A stretch of DNA of 64,000 bases from Candidatus Heimdallarchaeota archaeon (lineage in GTDB: Archaea > Asgardarchaeota > Heimdallarchaeia > Heimdallarchaeales > Heimdallarchaeaceae). The notes under the pieces are model-generated. The model searched no databases, had not been told where the DNA came from, and saw only the letters and a program-made list of their open reading frames with translations. A program made the translations under genes and the position numbers. Shown here in pieces: positions 57,161 through 64,000 of the stretch. The stretch spans positions 1-64,000 of the forward strand of contig DXJF01000011.1 in assembly GCA_019057375.1 (NCBI GenBank), in the 5' to 3' direction. Positions within the stretch are counted from its first letter, which is position 1. Each line of letters begins with the position of its first letter.

Positions 57161-57336
57161 ACTTCACAAAACTTTGTGAATTCATTTGTATAAAATAGTT
57201 TTACAGTTATAATAAGTGATAATAACTCACTACAAAGATAGTTTTTATTTGTTAATGTTTTTGGAAAAATCAAAGAGGAATAGTTAAATAAGAACCGTTG
57301 TTGTAGTATTCAATCAAAGTATAGTAATTCATTTTT

Positions 57337-58482
57337 ATGGTGAATATAATGACTGATTTCAATATCAAAATTTTAGAAGAATTATCAAATGAGTTTGGAC
57401 CTTCTGGTTTTGAATGGGAAGTTCAAACTATTTTAAAGAAATATGTTAAAGCATTTGCTGATGAAATACTTCAAGATAAAACAGGAACACTTGTTTTCAC
57501 ATCCAAAGGAAAAGAAGATGGTCCAAAAATCATGATTGCCGGGCACATGGATGAAATAGGCTTTCAAGTATCAGCCATTACTAAAGATGGTTTTCTCAAA
57601 TTCCATCAGCTTGGTGGATGGTGGGATCAGACCCTTCTATCTCAAAGAGTTAAAATCAGAACAGTAGAAGGTAAACTCTACCCAGGTATCATAGCTGCCA
57701 AACCTCCTCATGTTGTTGACCCTGAAGAACGCAATAAAGTTGTTACGAAGGCTAAAATGTTCATAGATATTGGTTGTACTTCAATCGACGAAGCAAAAGA
57801 ACTAGGTATTCGTATAGGTGATCCTATTATGCCTGATGCCAAATTTGAAATCTGGGAGCGACCTCGTATCAAGAAAGAAGACAAAGATACAGAAGAGAAG
57901 AGTTCGGTTACTCTTGCAGTTGGTAAAGCCTTCGATGACCGTATTGGGGCCTTAATCATCGCTGAAGTTATCCGCAAACTCAAAGAGGCAAATATTACTC
58001 ATCCTAACATTGTATATGGAGCTGCTACTGTCCAAGAAGAGGTTGGTTTAAGGGGGGCACGCACAGCTGCTCAGATGATCAAACCTGACATAGGTATAGC
58101 TCTAGAAGTAGATATAGCTGGAGATGTTCCAGGTATTGACGATACAAAAGCCCCAGCAAAGATGGGTAAAGGACCTAGTATTTTAACCTATGATGGATCA
58201 ATGATACCTAACCCCCGATTCAGAGATTTCGTTATCAAGACAGCTGAAGAACTAGACATTCCACACCAACTTTCTCTAGTACCAGGAGGAGGAACAGATG
58301 CAGGAGTAATCCATTTAACAGATATGGGGTGCCCAAGTATAGTCATAGGAATACCAACAAGACATATTCATGCACATAATGGGATATTAGATCTAAACGA
58401 CGTAACCAATGCAATTAAGCTCATAATCAAGTTGGTTGAAAGGCTGGATAAAGAGACAGTAGAAGGATTTACAAGAATTTAA
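57337..58482 (+). CDS. M42-family aminopeptidase (TET-like)
   Basis: GPSGFE, AGHMDEIG, AFDDRIG, VQEEVGLRGA, GGTDAG, RHIH. Confidence 0.93.
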   Translation: MVNIMTDFNIKILEELSNEFGPSGFEWEVQTILKKYVKAFADEILQDKTGTLVFTSKGKEDGPKIMIAGHMDEIGFQVSAITKDGFLKFHQLGGWWDQTLLSQRVKIRTVEGKLYPGIIAAKPPHVVDPEERNKVVTKAKMFIDIGCTSIDEAKELGIRIGDPIMPDAKFEIWERPRIKKEDKDTEEKSSVTLAVGKAFDDRIGALIIAEVIRKLKEANITHPNIVYGAATVQEEVGLRGARTAAQMIKPDIGIALEVDIAGDVPGIDDTKAPAKMGKGPSILTYDGSMIPNPRFRDFVIKTAEELDIPHQLSLVPGGGTDAGVIHLTDMGCPSIVIGIPTRHIHAHNGILDLNDVTNAIKLIIKLVERLDKETVEGFTRI

Positions 58483-58541
58483 CAAGAAGAGGGGGAGGAG
58501 AAAGGATTTTTTTATAAAAAAAGAACAGTAAAAGAGACCAA

Positions 58542-58651
58542 GAAAATCTTACCACAAAGTAATAAAATTGTGTTGTAAGAAGAATAAAAAAGTAGGAGAA
58601 AGGAAAAAATGAAAATCTTACCACAAGAAAAATAATTTGCGTGGTAAGATT
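58542..58651. repeat. Duplicated palindromic element (GAAAATCTTACCACAA ... GTGGTAAGA)
   Basis: 16-bp direct repeat at 58542-58557 and 58611-58626, each followed by an inverted half-site (imperfect at 58569-58580, perfect at 58641-58651). Confidence 0.75.
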
Positions 58652-58691
58652 CTTGCAGCTTTAATTTCGCTGCAGTGGATGTTAAAAATAG

Positions 58692-59153
58692 TTATTTCAA
58701 GAGATCTGCTGGTATTTCAAGAACCTTTAGTTCTCCGTAGTTTTCTAAGAGTTTCTTTGTAACTGAATACAATCTTTGTGATACACTTCCCTTTCTATTT
58801 AACATTTTTTCATCTGCTAATCTCGATAAGTAAGTGCTAACTGTACTCATTTTTACCCCTTCCCTGAATATTATTTCGTATAATTCACATACTTCATTTG
58901 AAATAAACCAATCACCTTCAGGATAATGGTTTCGAATTATACTTGCAATTCTTTCTATCTTTGAAGCCCCTAAAAGATCATTAATGCTTGTAACCTTTTG
59001 CTGTTCTCTTTCTTCTTCAGCTGGATCTGTTCCCTCAGATTTTCCTGTAACTAGAGCAAGTGTTGTCTTAAGACTCTCTGTATCTCCAGAAGGTATTCGT
59101 ATGATCGTTCCATCAGGTAGTTTGATTGTAACCTCTTTAGGCATATTACTCAC
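58692..59153 (-). CDS. Winged-helix protein with short N-terminal module
   Basis: C-terminal FISNEV...KMSTVSTYLSRLADEKMLNRKG...RLYSV wHTH pattern. Confidence 0.75.
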   Translation of the reverse strand: MSNMPKEVTIKLPDGTIIRIPSGDTESLKTTLALVTGKSEGTDPAEEEREQQKVTSINDLLGASKIERIASIIRNHYPEGDWFISNEVCELYEIIFREGVKMSTVSTYLSRLADEKMLNRKGSVSQRLYSVTKKLLENYGELKVLEIPADLLK

Positions 59154-59272
59154 TTTATTACTTACAATACTTTTTCAATCTAAGTTTATAAGGATAGATA
59201 TCATGTTAGACTATTTATAAACCATTAAAAACTTTAGTAATATCTTAGATTTGTAAGGCAAATATATCTCCC

Positions 59273-59294
59273 ACCCCATTTCTTCCAGTAGAAC
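59273..59294 (-). promoter_or_regulatory. Origin recognition box (degenerate) with G-string
   Basis: Minus strand GTTCTACTGGAAGAAATGGGGT. Confidence 0.7.
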
Positions 59295-59376
59295 TGTTTA
59301 TATTAAAAAATAGATATTTTCCTAATTGAAAAACGAAACATTTATATAATTAGACATTTATTTTCATCTAGGACTA

Positions 59377-59463
59377 TGTACAAATAATATATGTACACAT
59401 ATCTCCATAATATGTACAAATATACCTTTTTCCAATAGAAACAAAGGGGGGCGAGTGTGTACA
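59377..59463. repeat. Four TGTACA palindromes (TGTACAAAT in three)
   Basis: At 59377, 59392, 59413 and 59458, around the right-hand ORB. Confidence 0.65.
59428..59451 (+). promoter_or_regulatory. Origin recognition box with G-string
   Basis: TTTTCCAATAGAAACAAAGGGGGG; inverted relative to the ORB at 59273, with ~130 bp of AT-rich DNA between them. Confidence 0.85.
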
Positions 59464-59525
59464 AATTTTTCACATTCTAGCAGTTCCACAAGTTTAAAAT
59501 ATTTCAATTGTGAATTTTCGATATC

Positions 59526-59807
59526 ATGGTTACACGAGTGCGTTTTTGTGCGAAGTGTGGAAGACCTGTTCCAAATAAAGCTAGTTACTGCGCAGATTGT
59601 ACTGCTGATCTAACAGCAGGTATTCAAGATAGATGTGATATTTGTGGTAAAAGTAAACATATGTCTCCACTAACATACAATACTAGAATTAAGAAAGTTT
59701 ATTGCAAAGATTGTCTTAACGTCTTTGTTGCTGGACTTAGGAGTAAAGAAATACCTCAGAGAGAAATTAATAAGATGCTAACCAAGGATTTTGTCCCAAT
59801 TACCTAA
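59526..59807 (+). CDS. Small multi-zinc-ribbon protein
   Basis: CAKC, CADC, CDIC and CKDC motifs. Confidence 0.75.
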   Translation: MVTRVRFCAKCGRPVPNKASYCADCTADLTAGIQDRCDICGKSKHMSPLTYNTRIKKVYCKDCLNVFVAGLRSKEIPQREINKMLTKDFVPIT

Positions 59808-59833
59808 TAAACCATAAAATAGCATATTTTTAG

Positions 59834-61693
59834 TTATGTTCTTTTATTTTTGTAAAGTGAGTTATAAATTTGTTTTAATCCTTTTTTGCTTGCCATTGTT
59901 GACCCTATATACCCTGAAAGTATAAACCAAACAATTATTCCAAAGAGAAATGCTAGATAATAACCCAATTTTGTGTATGGTACAAGGAAATATCTTGTTA
60001 TTATTGATCCAAAATAGCTTCCAAACAATATTCCAGGGACTAGTTGCAGTAGTATTGAATTAACATTTATCTTTGAGATCTTCTTTTTCTCGATACCTAG
60101 CTTATACAAAAGTTCATAGTCTTTCTTATAAGTTAAATAATACAAGAATGCAAACACAATAATTTGAAAGGTAAAAATGCAAAATAGAATTATTCCCAGT
60201 ATGTCAAACATATATGAAAAGTTGTCATATTCTTTGATGTTTTCTTCTCTTATTTCGGAAATTTCTCTCATCACGTATCCGTTTGTTTCTACTAAACTTA
60301 CTATTGTTGAATAAGTAGTTGAATTAAGATCTTCTAGCAAGATCAGATTTGGACCATTTGATATGGATTCTGTATTCAATTTGCTTATTGGTACATAGAC
60401 TGTAAAACCTGATGCAAATACATCTAAAGCAACCCCACTTATACCGTACTTACTCGAATTTTCAGTTAGTTCTATTTTCTGCATAGTACTGTTCTCAAAG
60501 ATTAAGTTATCCAGAGAGTCACCTATAACCACTTCACTTGAACCTGGTAAAGAACCCCAGAGCAGCAACTCATCAAAAATACTTGTTTCTTTATATCCTA
60601 TAATTGTGGCATGAAAAGTTCTATTGGATCCTACTTGTACATATCCTTCCGGTGTAACATCTAGGGAAGCAACTTCTTGAACATCCAGTTTCGTAAGGAA
60701 TAGTTTCTTCGCATCAATACCTGTGCCATCTACATCATTAAGAAAACTTATGTCAAATGAATTATTCTTAAAGAAATTAATATCCTCTAGTTCGCTTATG
60801 TATGATTCATTAACATACTCTTGAGCACCAAAATTTGAACTATAAAAATCTATTATTCCTTTTTGACCTATCACATAGGTACTGTCGTAAAATCTATTGT
60901 CTAGATAGTGATTGTACGTTTCTGCTATTGCAACAGGTCCCAGTGCGAAAGATATTGAGGAAAAAGCCAGAAAAAAACTGAATAGAAAACTTGCCAGGAT
61001 CTTTCCTGATCTAAGATAATTCTTACTAGCCAGCTTTTTTACTACTTTAAATTTGCTTAATAACCCGTTAAATTCGAAGATACTCTTATAAGAACTCAGT
61101 CTGCTGGAGGAAACTTCGAAATTTTTCTCTTCAATGAATTTAATTATTGTGTAATGAGATTTCAGATAAGAAATAATAATTATGGCTATATTTGCTCCTA
61201 AGACTGGTATGAACCTAATATGATTAAAGAAGAAACTGAATTTGAATGAATAGAAAATTACCGCTAGTAAGATGAGAGCTAGGATTATACCTAATATTAG
61301 CATAATAATTGAGGTTAAAATTTGATTAAAGATGAAATAACTATATATCCACTTGTTCTTCCCCCCTACGTTTTTCATTATAGCAATATCATCCTTTTGA
61401 CTCATAAACTTCAAATCGATTGATCTTGCTGTGACAACTGCTCCGATAACAATACTTACTACAATAAACAGAATTCCCATTATAGTATAGGATTTGTAAA
61501 AAACACTGTTCACGGACCAATTTAGATAAGGTTTCACTATTGAGAATATGGCAATACTTATCGTTATTGCTGAATATGTTACAATTTGGCTAATGAAAGA
61601 AAACATTGATGCAAGAAATGATCTCTTAAAACCAATCCACGCAAATTTCATTTGACCTATCATAACATCAACTTCTGATACTTTCTTATTCAA
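59834..61693 (-). CDS. ABC transporter permease (FtsX/MacB-like)
   Basis: Two FtsX-type TM blocks (DIAIMKNVGG; YELLYKLG) with one large extracellular domain. Confidence 0.82.
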   Translation of the reverse strand: MNKKVSEVDVMIGQMKFAWIGFKRSFLASMFSFISQIVTYSAITISIAIFSIVKPYLNWSVNSVFYKSYTIMGILFIVVSIVIGAVVTARSIDLKFMSQKDDIAIMKNVGGKNKWIYSYFIFNQILTSIIMLILGIILALILLAVIFYSFKFSFFFNHIRFIPVLGANIAIIIISYLKSHYTIIKFIEEKNFEVSSSRLSSYKSIFEFNGLLSKFKVVKKLASKNYLRSGKILASFLFSFFLAFSSISFALGPVAIAETYNHYLDNRFYDSTYVIGQKGIIDFYSSNFGAQEYVNESYISELEDINFFKNNSFDISFLNDVDGTGIDAKKLFLTKLDVQEVASLDVTPEGYVQVGSNRTFHATIIGYKETSIFDELLLWGSLPGSSEVVIGDSLDNLIFENSTMQKIELTENSSKYGISGVALDVFASGFTVYVPISKLNTESISNGPNLILLEDLNSTTYSTIVSLVETNGYVMREISEIREENIKEYDNFSYMFDILGIILFCIFTFQIIVFAFLYYLTYKKDYELLYKLGIEKKKISKINVNSILLQLVPGILFGSYFGSIITRYFLVPYTKLGYYLAFLFGIIVWFILSGYIGSTMASKKGLKQIYNSLYKNKRT

Positions 61694-62486
61694 TTGGATC
61701 CAGTAATGCTTCTTCTATGAATATGTCCTCTTTCCCTCTTTCTAGAGAATCTATTGGACGGTATTCAATTTCTTCACCTTTTCTTCTTTCTTCATGTTCT
61801 TCTTCTAGTTCAACTTGTTTCGATCCTACTCTATACACTAACGTTGCAATTTCATTCATCTTTTGATCATGAGAAGAAACAATAACTGTAATGTCTGTTG
61901 TTAAAAAGAGTTCCTCAATTAAATTACAGAGTTCATCTGCAGACTCTCTATCAAGATTTCCTGTTGGTTCATCTAAAATCAGTATATATGGATCATTTGA
62001 TAATGCTCTAGCAATAGCGACTCTCTTCTTTTCCCCCCCACTAAGTTGTACTGGAAAACTATCTTTTCTGTGGTCTATTCCAAGTTTTTTTAATAGTAAG
62101 TCAATTTTTTCCTCTTTACCCTCTACCTCATAACCACACAGTTCTTGAAAGAGTATAATATTCTCTTTTACTGTTAGAGTTGATACCAAGTTATTTTCTT
62201 GAAAAACTATTCCTAGGTAGTTTGATCTAAAGTCTGACTTCTCTTTTTCCGGTATTAAATCAACATACAATCCTGCTACTTGAATTTCTCCTTCATCAGG
62301 GTTCAGTAATCCGGTTAGCAAGTTGATTAGAGTAGTCTTTCCGCTTCCACTTGGACCATAGAAAAGCACTAATTCATTTCTTTCAATATCCAAATTTATC
62401 TTTTCGAAGATCACTATTTCTTCCCAGAACAATTGAAATTTCTTTGAAACATTACTGAATTTCACAATTAAATCCATATGAAGCAA
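61686..62486 (-). CDS. ABC transporter ATP-binding protein (LolD-like)
   Basis: GPSGSGKTT, LSGGEKKRVAIARAL, LDEPTGNLD, SSHD. Confidence 0.95.
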   Translation of the reverse strand: MLHMDLIVKFSNVSKKFQLFWEEIVIFEKINLDIERNELVLFYGPSGSGKTTLINLLTGLLNPDEGEIQVAGLYVDLIPEKEKSDFRSNYLGIVFQENNLVSTLTVKENIILFQELCGYEVEGKEEKIDLLLKKLGIDHRKDSFPVQLSGGEKKRVAIARALSNDPYILILDEPTGNLDRESADELCNLIEELFLTTDITVIVSSHDQKMNEIATLVYRVGSKQVELEEEHEERRKGEEIEYRPIDSLERGKEDIFIEEALLDPIE

Positions 62487-62553
62487 CCACTACTAAATCA
62501 TCGTTAAACCTTTATGAAGATATTTATTTTGAGTAATAAGGCTAAGGAATAAA

Positions 62554-62634
62554 ATGATAGCGAAGTTTCGAAGTGAGACTTTCATCCAAGGCTATATGCC
62601 ATAAGTCTAGTCCCACACGAGAAAACTTCGCTGA
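62554..62634. ncRNA. Unassigned structured intergenic element (multi-stem hairpin)
   Basis: 10-bp outer stem AGCGAAGTTT/AAACTTCGCT (62559-68/62623-32), inner 8-bp stem, apical GGC/GCC hairpin; GC-richer than its surroundings. Confidence 0.5.
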
Positions 62635-62708
62635 TATACTGTAGCTGTTATTCAATATAAATACATCTTTGAGATATACAAAAAGAAGTTTGTATATTGT
62701 TTTTACAA

Positions 62709-63521
62709 TCATACTGTGCTGAAATCTATGTTGATATGGATAACATTCAGAGTTAGATGAAATGTTTCAGGAGCAATAGGATAAACAATATTTTGAGAAA
62801 AATCACTCGTTAATGCAGTCATACTCAAGTCGTCATTCCTATCTCCTAAATCATAAGTTTCTGTTATTTGGCTCTCTTTGGTAATCATAATTTTACTTGC
62901 TGTGTTAATTATGGGGAAATATTCTCCTTGCCCCTCAGCTGTTCTAGTAGTTCTCAAATTAACAATCATGAAATTAATCTCAACTTTGGTATCTGATACC
63001 TTTTCAATATTTAAGTAAGCACTATAGAATAATTTCAAAACCTTATACCCATCGAATGATTGATGGGCAATATTTGTGATTTGTGTGGTTCTATTAATAG
63101 AATAAACAAGTAAGATGGGACTTCCAAAATCATAAATTAAACCGCCAGATCCTTTGAAATTTCCTTCAATTCTGTAAAGAACTTCTCCTGAAGAGTATGA
63201 ATAATTTAGTAGATTATCCCCACCTGAAGTAATTATTAGAAAATTTTCTCGTTCTTCTGTCAAATCTAAGACTCCACTATCTAAATTGTATCTAACCACA
63301 CTTGATGAGTTATCAGGAGCTGAAATTAACCTTTTAATTTCAGAATCAAATGAGAGGAAAGAATTTGTTGCTGTAATCATATCGCTTTCTGTTTGAAATC
63401 TTTCTAGAGACGGAACTATTTGTGAAAAGGCTAGTCCCAAAGCACTTACCATTACAGTGAAAATAACCAGCGTAGATATAATGTTTGATACTCCTCGCTT
63501 TGATCTGATAAGTTTTTTCAT
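62709..63521 (-). CDS. Type IV pilin-like protein with class III signal peptide
   Basis: N-terminus MKKLIRSKRG|VSNIISTLVIFTVMVSALGLAF: basic leader, Gly at -1, hydrophobic helix. Confidence 0.75.
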   Translation of the reverse strand: MKKLIRSKRGVSNIISTLVIFTVMVSALGLAFSQIVPSLERFQTESDMITATNSFLSFDSEIKRLISAPDNSSSVVRYNLDSGVLDLTEERENFLIITSGGDNLLNYSYSSGEVLYRIEGNFKGSGGLIYDFGSPILLVYSINRTTQITNIAHQSFDGYKVLKLFYSAYLNIEKVSDTKVEINFMIVNLRTTRTAEGQGEYFPIINTASKIMITKESQITETYDLGDRNDDLSMTALTSDFSQNIVYPIAPETFHLTLNVIHINIDFSTV

Positions 63522-63584
63522 GTAAGAATAGTTTATTTCTTAGTCTTATTTAATTTTATGGAACTTCTCACTGAAATAATTTCT

Positions 63585-64000
63585 TCATTCTTCTAGTTCA
63601 GATATGGTTAGTGTTACCTTATCCCCTTCTATCTTAACGAGTGAGTTATCAGCTAGAATTGGTAAAATCCTGTTTTTTAAAGTAACTGCTGGAATTGTAG
63701 TTTCCTTATGAAGCTTCTTGAAAGTTGATTCGTGATTTGGTGATGAAGCTAATGCAACAAGAACATCAATATTTTCTTTTTGACTTGGAATCCATTTTAA
63801 TATTACTTTAATTGTGAATATATACCCTTCCCGTTCAAATTCTGATTTTTTGATTTGATCCTTTAATGAGTCACACTAATCTTCTAGTGGTTTGAGTTCA
63901 TCATTTCTCTCTTGTAACTTTCCGCTTCTTTCCTTGAATAAGTATAACTCATTAGTTAGTTCTTTGACTTTCGAATGAATAGATGACAAATTCTCTTCTG
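63585..64000 (-). pseudogene. Coiled-coil plus winged-helix protein with in-frame TAG (5' end outside window)
   Basis: Single frame ...ELKPLED*CDSLKDQIKK...STFKKLHKETTIPAVTLKNRILPILADNSLVKIEGDKVTL..*; TAG at 63876-63878, and no Met in the 97 downstream codons. Confidence 0.65.

Larger units (their letters stand above)
56938..57180. repeat. TTCAC-Nn-GTGAA palindrome family
   Basis: Copies at 57013-57026 (N4), 57087-57101 (N5) and 57163-57180 (N8); the 14-mer CAAAACTTTGTGAA is exactly repeated at 56941 and 57167. Confidence 0.7.

Noticed and set aside
56684-59525. CRISPR array
   Set aside because: The repeats are short palindromes with irregular spacing and no constant-length unique spacers; no cas genes are present.
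62554-62634. SECIS element (AUGA...GA hairpin)
   Set aside because: The AUGA/GA motif is on the plus strand, antisense to both flanking genes; the GA pairs are out of register with the stem; and no in-frame UGA selenoprotein is adjacent.
1-64000. Genome-wide stop-codon reassignment (e.g. TAG as pyrrolysine)
   Set aside because: TAG, TAA and TGA all end well-conserved genes at their expected positions (e.g. TAG in ftsY and the R15P isomerase gene). The interruptions involve three different stop codons, and no pyl/sel genes are in the window.

Overview
Low-GC archaeal chromosome segment, almost certainly an Asgard archaeon and probably Heimdallarchaeia-like. This is inferred from the co-occurrence of a gelsolin-domain protein, two roadblock/LC7 proteins, a Rab-like GTPase, a eukaryote-like STT3/AglB, a Urm1-like modifier, a diphthamide-less EF-2 paralogue, PolD, FtsZ and form III-like RuBisCO. 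Most of the window is core information-processing genes: the rps19e-PDCD5-rpl39e-rpl31e-eIF6-rpl18a-prefoldin-ftsY cluster, EF-1alpha, DP1/DP2, topoisomerase IA, arcTGT, uS10, Cdc6/Orc1 and five tRNAs. A decaying accessory patch of surface-protein and enzyme genes lies at about 3.1-9.4 kb. The most notable signals outside the ORF track are: (1) a box C/D guide RNA between two convergent genes (53086-53146, minus) whose D guide predicts 2'-O-methylation of wobble C34 of tRNA-Leu(CAA); (2) a multi-module replication origin candidate beside cdc6, with ORB boxes in two separate intergenic regions (57039-57160 and 59273-59451), interleaved with four other repeat/palindrome families and flanked by two winged-helix genes and a small Cys/His protein; (3) an isolated tRNA 3'-end copy at 195-218, which looks like the att boundary of an element lying left of the window; (4) an unexplained, strongly base-paired ~80 nt intergenic element at 62554-62634; (5) a tail-to-tail fusion scar truncating two genes at ~7197, plus isolated in-frame stops and frameshifts confined to accessory genes; (6) atypical acceptor stems in both tRNA-Gly genes. 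No CRISPR array, rRNA, transposase or integrase was seen. No database searches were run; family assignments come from recognisable motifs.
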